Assembly: GCA_051362555.1 (NCBI GenBank)
Contig: CM120646.1
Location: 13,764,001 to 13,828,000 of the forward strand
Origin: Lingula anatina
Lineage: Eukaryota > Animalia > Brachiopoda
DNA length: 64,000 nt
Direction of reading: 5' to 3'
Shown here: positions 1 to 13,900 of the stretch, in pieces
Layout: every line of letters begins with the position of its first letter
Position numbering within the stretch: position 1 is the first letter of the stretch
The notes under the pieces: model-generated
Databases searched by the model: none
Told to the model about the DNA's origin: nothing
What the model saw: the letters and a program-made list of their open reading frames with translations, nothing else
Position numbers and translations under genes: made by a program

Positions 1-153
1 CACACACACACACACGATAGTGCTGAATCACTGATGAATAAAATATAACATTTACCATGTTCAACTTAGTAGTTTGTTAAATGAACCGCCATCATGATAA
101 AAGCTCAAACACTATATGATCACTATCAGAAATATGAAATGTCCTAATTTCAG

Positions 154-3100
154 CCTGACTCAGACGAGAACACAGACAGCCGGAGAGCAGATCAACCAGT
201 CAAGAGACCAGTTACAAGTAGAAGTCGGGGATTCATCAACTTTGTTTCAGCCAAACAACGCCAGATCTCAGACAAGGCTGCGTCAAAGGCACGACGGCGT
301 GGCCAAGAGTTGCTGCAGCTTATTGAGCTGGATGTGGCAAATTTTAGTCTGTTTGACCTCCCTCCAGTGAAAGAGTATGAACTGTATATGAGGAATTTTG
401 GGAGCATGAATACTAAACAGGTACCAGTGTGAAATGTGTGCCTTTTGTGTGGGTTAAAACAGTTATAAGTCTGTAGATTTATTACAGTCACATTTTTGTA
501 TCATTTCAACTGATTCTTCTTCCTTCAAGTGGTTTTGTTTTTTAATTATTTCTGAATTCAGTTTTGACGAGACATACTTGATTTTTTTATTTTTATGGTT
601 TTCATAGAAGAGCACATTGCTTTCGGTATCAACTTATTATGCTCTCCCCCCCTTTTTTTTAAATTAAAGCCCCATAGACTTGACAGTAACGAGAATGAAG
701 ATTCATTAAATTTATTTGTTTAATAGTATTTAATTTATTTATCATTTCTAGTGTTTTAAAGTATTATTTATCATTTTGTCCAGGCCTACATACAGACCAA
801 TGAAGACAATATAGATCGTGACATTCAGACAGAAGAGATTGAAACCAAAGAAAAATGGTGCCAGCACCCACCAGAAGACCTAAAGGGATCAGGAGGTTTC
901 ACATTAACTCATTTCTCATTTATAAAAGAATAGACAGTTTAAGGAAAAATAGCTCAGTCGGAAATAATTATGAAACGAACTTTAAAACAAACTTTTTTAC
1001 CTAAAATTTAATTGAAACAGAAGGACAATAGTTATAATATCACCAAATAATAAATTCTTAGAGGGGTTAATAGAATATATATTTGAAAGAACTTTTAAAA
1101 TTAAAAGGGCAAACGCTTTACCTGCTGGTGCCCCAGTAATAGGGTTTCAATTATAATTGCATTACAGAACTCTCAGACAATTCAGTACTGTGAATTTTTT
1201 TTTCATAACTGTTTCTTTAACTATGACCCTTGTGTTATCCAGGTGATGATGAAGAAACTGAGAAAAGTGTGGATTCCAGTGGGAAAGTGGACTCTGTCAG
1301 GCTGACTAAGTTCTTGCAGCAGTCATTACAGGTGAGTAATACTAATTGATAGATTTATTTTATTATTTTTTTAAAGATATAAACATATAAATGGTAAGTC
1401 AGTGTGCTTACATCCTCGTGCATTGCTGGTTCTTTTTTAGGCTCAAGTGAAGCTTACTCTCTGAAATACTTCCTCTGGGAGCATCCAGTAATTTTTTCCA
1501 CATCTATCCAAATAGACAAAGTATTATATGCTGTTCTAGCTTGCAAAAACGTTTCAGAAGAACAGCCAGTATTTAAATTCATATTTATACATGTACATTA
1601 TTTGTTGCAGTGAACTCAGAAGACAGTCTAAATCTGCCCCTGTATAACCTATACTGTTTCCTATTCCAGGTGGTGGCAATCTTATTAGAAGAGGACCAGG
1701 CAGAGAGGAACCAGGCCGAGGTGTTGGCCAGTAGAAGTAACACGTCCTTCAGTGAAAGCACCATATCTCTGACACAGCCATCATTCTTAGCAGGTACTTG
1801 CCACTTAGCAAATACAGGCCTTATAAACGGATTAGGCATTATTTTAATAAGGGCACTGCATGTCAATAACTTTTAAATCCCAATAGAAAAATAGAACTAA
1901 GTTCTTAACTATTAATGTGCATATATGTTTTTTTTAATTGATAAATAAATGGTTATAGTTTCAGTGGTTCAGATAGTGTCAATGTTGAGAAGCAAATGTT
2001 TTATTGACTTTCCTCTTTAACTTTACAATTATATTTTTATTGTAGACCGTCCAGTGTTACAATGCCATTTCTCACCTGTCCAGAACAACTTACTGTTAGC
2101 TGTTCATGGACCTCCATCAGGGGTGAGTACGAGATGTGATCTACTGTGTTGCATCTTTGGTTGACTTAGAATATAGAACAATTTTGAATTTTGAGTGCAT
2201 GAATGCTTGCATGTGATGGCTGCATACAGGTGAATTATAGTGTTATCATTTAGAATGATATACTAGTTATTTTGATGAACTCTCTCTCTCTGATATGTAA
2301 CCTTTGCTGTTTCTTACAATCTTCTAGATCAGATACAAATACAGAAGAGTGAGAAGGGTAAACGTTTGGTTCATTAAGTTCCAGTTAAACTGATAAATTA
2401 TTTGACACCCAATTGAGATTTTATGTGTATGTTATTACTAAATTTTTAAATTATTATTCTTTTATTGGACTTAGAAAAATTACATCGAAATGCATTGTAG
2501 TACATCTAAGTCCAGTAAAGTTTTGATAAAAATTAAAATATTTGTTGGTCTGATACAACTACTGAATATTACATCAAGATCTGTAAACTAAACCTAGTCT
2601 AAAGTGCATGAAGCCACTATTTGTGACTTTGCTTATAGTCCATTTGTTGAAGAATTTTAAGCTGATGTGTTAGTACAAAATTGAAATTATTATAGAATGT
2701 CTACTAATAAAAATGTTTCTGGTTACTTTTGATTTTTTTTTTGGGTACTAACTTGCTATTTTATTAACTAGTATATTCCTTTACCTCATATCATTTCATG
2801 CAGTTTGATTAATACTGGATCTGAATGACATGTTATGTTGAAATTTTGGGGAAAATTTTTTTTTCCAAGGTCTTTTAAAAAAATTTTAAGATTACATAAT
2901 AATACAAACACTTTCAGAATTCTTTTCACTCTAGCATAACCACACACATGCACTACTTACAGCATCTGAAATACTACTGAAAAATACAAGTTGCGTCTAG
3001 AGGGATATTTCCTCATTTTCTCATCCTTTCAAATTCCTAGTGTACATAGAATCATATTGTGATATAATTATCATAAATTTAAGTTAATAATTAATTATGG

Positions 3101-6100
3101 AAGTGTTGCTTGTATTTGATAGGGCTCTCGTATGGAGTTAGCTAACAAGGGAATGATCTCTTTATGGAATACGAATGAACCGTCCAGACCTAAACAGTAA
3201 GTATAATGGTTATAACTGACTAAATTAAAAAAAATAATAACCATTTAATGTGTTCTTGAAACAGTGTTAAGACTTTGGTGCTGTAAATTTTGGCATAGGA
3301 AAGGTTATGTACTGAGTCTAAGAAATACTAATTAAATGTGATTTTTCTTTATTTCTGAAATGAGTAATTTAATGGTTAACATTTTTTTGTACTCATGACT
3401 ATTATTTTTATTTTAATTATTATTATTATTATTATTATTATTGTTTTATGTATTTTGTAGGATTGTCTAGTAATATGAAAGTGATGAATTTTGTTTTTTT
3501 TTTAACTATCCAGCATTTCCTGTATGTGGTATGATACATTTTCAGAATTCTCACCTGTGAGTCTCAGCCCACCTGTTGCTGTTTTAGTCCAGAAAAAGCC
3601 ACCTTGGCATTTGCAGGCATGGTGAGTTTGGTGCCCCTCCCCCTCCAACTTTTTCATCTCATTGACATATTCCAAGCTTGATTTAAATTATGCAAGTCCC
3701 TGCATAAATTATTCTCCCCCACCCAATCTTCAACTTCTTCATTTCTTCATCTTATTCTTACGTTGACTTGTTCCAGAGTGTCACTGATTGAAAATATCCA
3801 AACACCAGTCTCTGCATGAATTACCCCCACCTCTAACTTATTCTTTTCATTCCTATGTTGATATATTTCAAGCTTGATTGGAATTATCCAAACACCTGTC
3901 TCTGCACAAGTCTTTTTGCCTCCCCCCTTCCTCCATCAGGTTTTTCACATCATTAAAACCAATAGAGTCTGTTGTATTGGGTCATGTCCAGAACTTATCT
4001 CTGATTGATAACTTATCATTTGAAAGAGACTTCAGCTTCATGTTATACAATGATTGTTAATTTGGTTTTAAATGAGGTGAAAAAACATATTTGAATCTTG
4101 CCTGGTATTTACAATCTCCTCCTAAATTGACCCCCCTCCATTCCCCCCTAGTGTCTTCACCTCACCCCTATGTTGCTGTGTTTCAGACTGATGGTTCTCT
4201 GGTAGTATGGGACCTGAGGGAGCCAGCCTCCATGCACCATGTTTACAGAACAAGAGAGGAGGAGTGGCTGCTCAGGAAGCCAACATATTTTACAGGTATA
4301 GAACGGATATTATTATGAGATGTTATTCACCAAGCTGAGACAGATAATTAACTGAGAATTTGAATTGGACTTATATCAAAACTGGATTTTGTATAGTTAT
4401 TAATGACGTAATGAAATTTTTGCAGTAACTGTAGTTTTAGGTTAATTTCTCATTATTTACATTTTTTCTTTGGACAATTTCATTTAGATTTGGACTAGTA
4501 GTTTTTTAAAGTGATGTAAGGTCTGTAAAAAAAAAGGTACTGGCAGGAACATGTTTCATAGTTCCTATTCTATTTCTTGGTTGTATTTTGTTTTCAGCTG
4601 GAATTCTTGGTGAAGAAAATCACCACAGTCCTGTGACAACTGTGATACCTATAGTGTCTGCAGCTGATAGGTAAATAATGGGGAAAAAATTGTAAAACAG
4701 TAAAACTGAACCTTTTACCTACATACTTTTTCTTGCCATGGGTGAACTAGTTTGAAGAGACTGATGGATTTTTGTGAATACTGCCCAAAACATATGAGAT
4801 AAAGATATTTCAAATTGGTTATTTATTATTAATTAAAGTCTTAAATTAAGCCTTCCTCTGGCGCGAGTTGAAAAAAGAAATGCATTTGCTGTTGATATTT
4901 GCAGTGATTTTTTTCTTGCTATTTTTCAGTGCCAAAGCATCTGTGATGAGTGCAAAGGAAACTGATTTCGGGACAGGCCTGTCATTTCAGCTTGCCTCTG
5001 CAGAGGAGAATGCCTGGGTGCATTTATGGGTACGGACTCACAGACTTGTGGTGAACTGACAGCCTAAGACATTGACTGCCTAAAATATACTTATGATTAT
5101 TGAAGAAATGGAGCTAGAGGTTAAGGATTTTGGAATGTAACCGATGAATTAAAAAACAAAACAAATAGCATGATCCCTGGTTTTTTCCACAAAAGTCTGG
5201 GGAAAACTTAACCGTATCAGTTTTTTTGTTCTCTTTAGTATAAAACACATGAAGTATGATATGTATTTCTTATATATATGTATATTCCAGGTGGTTGCAG
5301 AGATCAGTAATCCTGACGAGGCTGGCTCAGAGTCAGATCTGGGACTGGCCCCTGGGGGCAGAGTTAAACTGTTGAAAAGTTCATCTTGCAAGTTGGAAAA
5401 CCCTACAAGGTAGGCACCGGGCTTTGATTTGACAATGATGATGGTGATATATAATTAACTTCAATCATTGCAAATTACACATCCACTTTATTTATTTATT
5501 TATTTGTTTATTTATTTATTTATTTTGTTTTTTTATTTGTTTGGTTTTTTGTTGTGCATATGTTTCTTTTAAAATTATCATTCTTTCAGTCAAGTGTTCT
5601 GTCACCTAAGCAATCAGATAAGCAGTCTCAGCTAAATTAATTTATCATTTTTCTTTTATTATTTATTATTATTAATTAATTAATTAATTGGTTTCAATTT
5701 TCTTTTCCAGAGATGTCAGGCTCAAGTCTAGTCTCCGTGCTCATGAACTGGCCCTCTCCCCAGCAAACCCGAGCAACTTTTATGTTGGAACTGACTCAGT
5801 AAGTTGTGGTTAGAGTTTCTTTCAGATAAGAACTACTTTAGACCAAAAATTTACCCAAAATCAGACCACCAGAGATTAATTGATTGATAAAGGATGGAGT
5901 AGAATGTATACTTCAGAAAGCAGAACTTATAATTTCAAAGTTCCTTGTGCTTATATATAACTTAACTTTGTGTGTGTGGTACATTGATTAAATTAAGTAG
6001 TTTTTAAAGTAGTTTTGCATTTAAGTTTTTAGTTTTTTAAGTAGTTTTGCATTTAATTGTATGATGATTTTTTTAAAAAGCACAATTTTTAGTTTTAAAT

Positions 6101-8343
6101 AAGAGTTATCCCTGGAAGTCTTAGATGTGTGTGTGTGCACTTGCATATCCACATTTTAGGCATTTTTATTTATCTTACATACACATAAACTTCACCTGAA
6201 TCCTTTTCGTTTTCATTTAGAGTAAATAAAACCGCAGCAGCAGTTTTTGTTTCCTTTTTAAAGGATTATTATATGTATATTATCTTTTTTCCAGGGTTAT
6301 GTGTATCATGGTGTGAGATCTGGTGGCAAAGCTGTGCCCAGAACATATAAGGGAGAAGTAGGTAAGGGCATGGTTGCTGTAGAGCATGAGCATACATTTA
6401 TTATTATTATTATTATTAATATTATTATTATTATGTAAGTTTTGCCTTATAAGTCAAGTTTACTACCCACGTCTATGTAATCAGGTGGCCCATTTCAGCA
6501 TCTACAGACTGATACTTTTTACCTGTTACTGTTGTCTGAAGCAAGCTACCACCCCCTTCTAGATAGAATAAAACTAGCATATAGGAGTTGACCTTCCAAC
6601 ACAAATTGTTGGTACCCATCTCTACACCAGGATGAAGAGGAGGCAATGGGTATAAAGTGATTACCTTAACCTCCATGCCATGAATCTCCTGACTCTATGT
6701 GTCCTGCACTTTAAATACCATGTAGACTTCTCTCATTTTTAGTACTTCTTCCTTTCTGTAGCTTTTTGATACAAACTATGCATTCTGTTATATTCCAGAT
6801 GCTCCTGTTCCAGTGACATGTTTAGACTTTCCTCCATTCAGTCACCAGTGTTTTCTGGTAAGACTCAGAACAGTGTATTGGTACAGTCACTGTGTTAGAC
6901 TTTTCTTTGCATAACTCATTTTGGGTGAAAGAGGTAGAAAAAGAAAGCTCTTAAGTAATAGTTTATGAAAAAGACATAGTTTTTTCTAATTTAGATTCAT
7001 GTCCCCAGTACATCATTCTACTCTTTGAATGAAAAAGTGGATGAATACAAATATATTCATTGTCTCAGTGAAGAAACTCGATTGAAGTAGGAAATAAGTT
7101 AACATAGTACATGAGTATTTTCTAACTGCACATTATGTTCTTTTGGTTGTATGGGTTTTAATTAAAAAAAAAAACTAATTTGACATGAGAAAAAAATTCA
7201 ATCTTCAGGCTGGATGTGCAGACGGCAGCATTAGACTTCACAACCTCCATTTGGAGACACCTTTGGTCACATGGTTAAATTCGACCAATGGGAATGCAGT
7301 TCAGGTGATACGGTGGTCAAGGAGTCGTCCTAGTGTGTTCTATGTCCTTGATGCAGCAGCCAAACTTCACGTCTGGGATCTACTGAAGGATGATGCTGCA
7401 CCTGTGAATACAGAGACCTTTAGTCAGGATAGGTCAGAGTCCTAAAAAGCCATTTTTTAATCTGTGAAATTGTAACAGTTTGTTGTGTCATGTCTACAAC
7501 TTTTCTCTGATTAATAACTTATCGTAAAAGGACTTCAGCTTTAGGTTGTACAATGTTTGTTATCACAATTGTATCCTCAGGAAATGAGCTTAAAGAACAT
7601 ATTTGAATCTTGTGTCTTGTGAATAATAGTTCCTATATGTTTAGCAATTTGTATTTTCTAATTGTTTTTCAGTTTGTGTACGTTTTCGCTGTCTAGTGAC
7701 CACAGTGCAACAGGAATGGGACTCCCAAACAGAAAAGCTCAGATGGTCAGTATGCCAGCACATTGATGTTATTATTATTATACAAGTCAGATATATACAA
7801 TAACAGTTTGCAATAATACCAATTTTAATTGCTATTATTTAAAACTGTTATTGTAGTTAAAATATGTAGTTAAAACTATATATGAAGATTTTTATTCATG
7901 TTAGGGAAAATTGATTTTTCTATTTATCTAATACTTCAAATCATGCAATAACTGTTATCATAAAAAAGTATTAGACATCTGAAATGTCTCAGTTCATTGT
8001 CTCAGTTGCTGATATGTCTCAGTTGCAAATGGCCATTTCTGCATGTTTACATTTGGTTTGTTGCCAATGGTTTGTTTTTGTCAAAAGCAACCTTAACCTT
8101 GGAAATGAGTATTATAATTTTTTTGTTATACTGAAATACAGTCCAATCAATTTACCACATAACTATAATTAATTATTATTTATCAAATTATATTTACCAT
8201 ATTAACAGTGTTTATATTATTTGGTGCAGGTGGTGAGTTTCAAGAGAGGAGGGATGGATGTTCACACTCTGAGTCAACACTTAGTAACACAGCAAGTAGG
8301 AGAGCTGGAGGAGTTCCTGAAATATGTGGATAAAGTACTTTAG
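154..8343 (+). CDS. DYNC2I1: Dynein-2 intermediate chain 1 (WDR60), 3' portion; 5' exons lie upstream of the window
   Basis: Approximate exons 154-420, 784-895, 1243-1331, 1670-1793, 2046-2122, 3123-3196, 3546-3621, 4187-4295, 4598-4670, 4930-5029, 5291-5409, 5711-5799, 6295-6361, 6800-6857, 7209-7432, 7672-7745, 8231-8343 (TAG). They encode [83 protein letters not shown] and [13 protein letters not shown], which match WDR60 motifs. Confidence 0.9.
6480..6670 (-). mobile_element. Probable degenerate tRNA-derived SINE remnant in a WDR60 intron
   Basis: The stretch AGGTGGCCCAT...GGTACCCATCTCTACACCAGGATGAAGAGGAGGCAATGGGTATAAAGTG resembles, from memory, the reverse complement of a conserved invertebrate SINE central domain. 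Boundaries are approximate. Confidence 0.4.
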
Positions 8344-9050
8344 ATTGACTCTAGAAATGTTGTATTTATTTATTTTATTTTATTTTAATGTTTATGCTCT
8401 TTTTATGTTCATGACCCATTTTTTAAATGAATATACAGCAAATGGCTTATAGAATCTGATGACAACTTCCGTCCAGATGCGATTTTTTTTTATTTCTTTA
8501 CATTTTCATTTAAGTTACTAAATGGGTCTAGAATGGTTGCTGGTGGAAGGAGACAGCTTTTGCATTTATTGGTTCAGGAATATATAGACAGGCAAACAGT
8601 TACATTAAGAATAGGAACTGTCAACAAAGTATGGTGTTGTAGCATGCATCTATACTCAACATTGTAGATGTTATAGTAACTATACAGTTATTTTTGTAAT
8701 TTATGGTTCCCCATTTGAAATTATATTAAGGTGTTTGAAACTTATTATTTGTCTATGATAATTTAAGCACTCACATTATAGAGATGGAAGTGTGAGGCAA
8801 ACTTTTTATTGAGGAATAAAGTTAACATGACCGAAGAAAAATTTGGTTTATGAGATGTCCTTAATAAAGCCCCCATATTGTGTTTACCCAAACAAGACTA
8901 CTGATCAGTTGCATTGAGTATTGTGATTGAATTCTGAATGAATAATCAATCATAATACTAGCCATTCTTCTTGTTTTACTAACATTGTTGTTAATAAGGC
9001 AAATCCTCTAGTGCAGGGGAGTGCACTACAGTGAAATTCTTCAAGTTCAC

Positions 9051-9206
9051 TGCCATGAATGGTTATGCCAGGGGACTCCTGAATTTCCCTGTCATGAATA
9101 GTCATGCTGGAGGACTCCTGGATTTTCCTGTCATGAATAGTCATGCTGGAGGACTCCTGGATTTTCCTGTCATGAATAGTCATGTTGGGGGATTTCTTGA
9201 GTTCAC
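9051..9206. repeat. 39-bp minisatellite, about 4 copies, downstream of the WDR60 stop
   Basis: Unit TGTCATGAATAGTCATGCTGGAGGACTCCTGGATTTTCC at 9090 and 9129, with degenerate copies at 9051 and 9168. Confidence 0.9.
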
Positions 9207-10950
9207 TATCCTCCACCAGGGTCACTGGTTGATTTTTCACTACAGTAGATATTCACAGGTATTTCTCTTGCTAATTCATGACACAATTCTCCTCTGTAAT
9301 TCTCTTGTGCAAAAAATTGTACAAGATAAATCAGTGGCCCTGGGAGAGGGTTGGATTTCTTCATAATGAATAAAAAAATAGGGTAATTCTTTAAATTCCC
9401 TTCCAGCAGAATTGGAAAGGAACTCTGAGGTTTGTTTTCATTTAGATCTGATTCCATTTCTTGTAGCTTTGAAATTTTATGTTTAATGTGTTCTTTATTC
9501 AGCATTATAAGCATATAAGTTTGAAGACAGAAAGTACTGTGAATTTGCAATAGTTTCTTATAACAAAAGTTTCTGTTGTGCATATTTCTTAAATGCCACA
9601 TTAAGTTGGAAATACTACCACAGGATTGGTTGGTGTTGATGTTATATCTGTTGTATATATTAATATATAATTATAAAGTATAAATGAAATGTGTATATAA
9701 GAATAAGATCAACTTGTTAACTTGAACTGGTCAGTCAGTCAATGTTTAAAGTGTTCATCGTAATGGATAATCTAATTATGGTACATGTATGACATTCCAA
9801 GAAGAGGAAGATACTGTGGAAAGTATCAATTTTTCATTGTTTGAATAAATCTATATGATAAAAACTTCAGACTTTGGTTTTCTTTAAGAGAAATACCAAC
9901 AATTATGATAAATATTTGGTTTATATACGGCCCTAGCTGGCACTTTCTTTACAGTATATGGTCATTTGATACGAAATGAATTAAATATTTCATTATTAAT
10001 TTCATTATTACGTACAAACACACAATATGCATTATTGTAATCAATCACAATTCAAAAATTACAAAAACATTTTGAGAGAAGATTATACTGGTATTATTTG
10101 CAAAAACTTAACATATTTTATTGACTTCAATTAAATGTGCCTGTTATGTATTAAATAAAGAAAAAATGGGTGTGTTTGAATAAAAATTCAGACTAAACAA
10201 AATGCTGCTGGTTCGATTACGAGATTCCCCCGCCCACCCGCCAGCTTCCTGTGTTTGTTCAACCATTAACCTCAGCAGAAATGCAGTAATAAATTTGAAT
10301 TTTGTGTACTTAAAAAAGAGCAAGCAACAGGAAAAAATATATACGCCCGAAGAAAATTTGCAGGTAATAACTAAGCAAAGGTATCACCCTGACCATAATT
10401 TTAAAATGTGTTAGTTGCGATCTAGTTGTGAACCCAAATGCATCCGTCTTCAAGTGTGAAAACTAGGTCAATCTTAAACCCTGTATCCGGTACCTTAATG
10501 CTCAGTCACGCTTCACCGAGCTTGAAGAGGGAGGGATTCCCTCGTAAGACTTGTAGATCGCAGCAGATTCGAAATCGTGAGTTATTTAAATACCCTTTAC
10601 TACCGGTTTTAGGTGTTAACTAAAGTAATTTTTGGCTCAGTTTACACACTTATATTGTACGCCAGTGCTTCTTTTAGCGCAATGACTCGATCCCACAACC
10701 ATATACCCTGTATTTCTGACAGTGTAGATAGATATTTAAAAAATATATGATATTGTACAACCCAGTATAGCAATACACCTACTTGTCTCGTACAAGTTTT
10801 ACGCTGACTACAGGTAGATCGAGTCAGTGCTTGAAATAGACGGCTTCTTCCGAAGAACTCCTGCATGCCCTGACATACTAGTACCTGTACCAGTACATGT
10901 ATTTGCATTACTTTTTAGAATGCTTGGATTGAGGAAGTTTTGAATCCAAC

Positions 10951-13900
10951 ATGGCAACGTCTGACCCTTTCTCTGATCCAGACCCTGAGACTGCAGCAGA
11001 ATCAGAGCCCAGGGCCATGGAAACAGAGGTAGATAGTGCTTTGTTGCAGGTGACATGCATGTGCAGAGTGCATGCAATTTAAAGAGGGTGCTGTGGAAAT
11101 TTCACAGCAGGTACACAATAATATTACAAAACTCAGTTGTTTTTATAGTAGATTTAATAAATTTGATAGCTTACTATATAGGGTACCAGTACCGGAATTT
11201 TCGTAACATATATTGGCATTTTAATTATAGCTACATGTTTTAAAGTCTTTAACTTATTCATATTCAGGGAAGAAGGAAAAGGAAAAAGAAGCCATCCTTT
11301 ATGGATTCTTTTGGTATGTTTGTTTATGAATTTGATAATATATTTCTGATGAAATATATTTATGCTTTTTAAATGTATTAAATTTTCATATTGTCATTTG
11401 AATTGAAATCTTTTCCCAAAAATATAGAATATTTAATTTTCTTTAAAGTTCACTTTAAGATTGAAAATTTTATGAAGAAAAAAACAGTATTAGAGAGAGA
11501 ATTCAGTATGTTTTTCATTGTACATTTCTCTAATTCTAATTTTTTGCCTAGTTGTCAATTAGAAAGTATATCATTCATGAACAAAATCAATATGATGCTT
11601 TTAAAATTATTGCTGAAGATGAATATAGTAACATGAAACATATCAAAGAAATTATATGAATAATAACCTGGTCTTCTTTTTTGTTCATTAAGGATCACTT
11701 TTATCCAGAGCAGGAAGAAGGCTTGGGTTAAAAGCTAGAAATTCTGATGATTCAGTGGAAGGAGAAGTCTCACCAGAATATGTAAGATATATGACAGAGT
11801 CAAGAATTGGCTGGTTAAAAATGATGCGGGAAAGGCTTCACACCCTTTTACAGATTGATAGGGAAAAACATCACAGTGATGAACAATTGAAAGAAATCCA
11901 AGAATGGCATGCGATTGATTATCTTATTCTTATAGATGACAACTTGCTTCCTCCTTCCATAGGTAAATGTCAGAATGTACGTTTGTTACATTTGGGATAT
12001 GGTGTTTATGGAATCTCAATACCTGAAGAAATTCAAAACTTGACACGGCTTTATAAACTGCATTTGCCTAAGGCTCAGCTTGAAAGTCTACCAGATGCTC
12101 TCTTCAATATTGCTGCACTAGAGGATGTCAACCTAGAGAACAACAGATTGACTGATATTCCTGATAGTATACAAAATCTGCCAAAACTGAAGTATTTGAA
12201 CATTACAAACAATAAGCTTACATCATTCCCTGTACAGCTCTGTAGCTTATCATCTTTGGAAAGTCTCCACCTTGGTTCAAATAAGCTTCATGGCATACCA
12301 AAAGAGATTAAGAATCTAAAGAATCTGGGAAGGATTTCTCTATCCAATGCAAATTTGACATCATTCAAGGAAATCTGCTGCAAAGAGATGAAGAAGCTTG
12401 AATTTTTATATCTTAATGGGAACCAAATTACAGAAATTCCACAAGATATAAAAGATCTCGTCAGTTTGAAAGAATTGGATTTGTCTGGCAACCAGATTAC
12501 TGCAATACCAGATGGAATTGTACATTTGGTGGCTTTATGCAAATTATACTTTGCCCATAATGCCATATGTGACATAATGCCAGTATGTCAAAGTGAACTT
12601 TCAAATATCGAAATTTTGTCTTTTCATGAAAATGCATTAAGAAGAATCCCTGGTGAGATCGGAAACTTGTTCAAACTACGAGAGTTGTATATGGGAGGGA
12701 ACAAACTGACAGAGTTACCAGATGAAGTTTGCCACCTGAGTCTACTCCGAACATTAGACCTATCGAAGAATAAACTAAGTCATCTTCCAGAGATGTTTGA
12801 CCAGCTGAAGCATCTGCTCGAGAAGGACATAATCAAACGGGGATTGTCACTTGATGAAAACCCCCTCATTCAGCCCCCAATGTCTGTTTGTGAGAGAGGC
12901 ATTGAAGCAATTCACCGCTACCTCAGAGATCTCCGAGCATCTCGTGCCATTAAGACTGCGCGATTACAACTCCACGTATTGGGTGAAACCACAGCTGGGA
13001 AAACCAGCCTGGTGAGAACCCTCACCTCGGGACAATCCAGTCTCACTGCAATGGCGGATAGGACAAGAGTGGTAGACCAGGTGACATATACCCCACAGGA
13101 GGAAGTCAGCCTCCATATCAATGATTTTGGAGGGCATGAAGTTTATAGAATAGTTCCCAATTTCTTCCTCACCCCAAGGGCTGTGGTGCTGTTGGTTTTA
13201 GACCTTAAAGTGTATGAGGAGAACTCCTTTGACATTTTGGTTGGTTCGTGGATCGAATGTGTTCTTGGGAAGGCACCAGAGGCACATCTCATCCCAGTGG
13301 CAACACATGCTGATATTTGCACTGACGAGGATATAGAAAGGAAGATTGCTCACCTTAATAACGCCATGGAAACACTGTTGACAAACCGACAAGGCAGCCT
13401 GCAGGCGCAAGCTCATAGTATAGCGACAAAGATACGCAGGGTAGAACAGCTACCAAATTTCCAAACTGAAGAAGGGGAGGCTTTGAAGATGGCATATGAA
13501 GAAAAGCAAGCCCAGGTGGAGACTCTGCTCACGAAGCTCCCTACAGTTGCACCCCAGCCCTATGTAATCAGCTCAAAGACTAAACAGGGCATTGATCAAC
13601 TTGACCAGTACCTTCAAGAATTGGCGCGAGACAGAGGGGTCATTCTACCAGAAACCTGGTTTGACATGGTTGATGCTGTACTTAGGGCTCAACTGGAGCC
13701 ACCTATTTACTTGGATGGTGCAATGCTGCAGCGACTGTGGACCACTGTAAATGCTGATGATGTCATGGCTTACATGAAAGAGGCAGGTCATGTGATGTGG
13801 TTTGAGGACAGCAACAGTCTTCGCCACACCATCTTCCACAAGAAAGAGATCGTGTTAGAACTCCTCAAGGCTGTTTTCCGTCATGATATGGCAGAGGTTG

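Noticed and set aside
8950-9366. Overlapping ORFs on both strands with 13-aa repeats
   Set aside because: Explained by a 39-bp minisatellite that stays open in frame. There is no splice context or recognisable protein.
11755-11757. GTG start of the long ORF
   Set aside because: The frame is open upstream to an acceptor at 11692, and two upstream exons supply an ATG at 10951.
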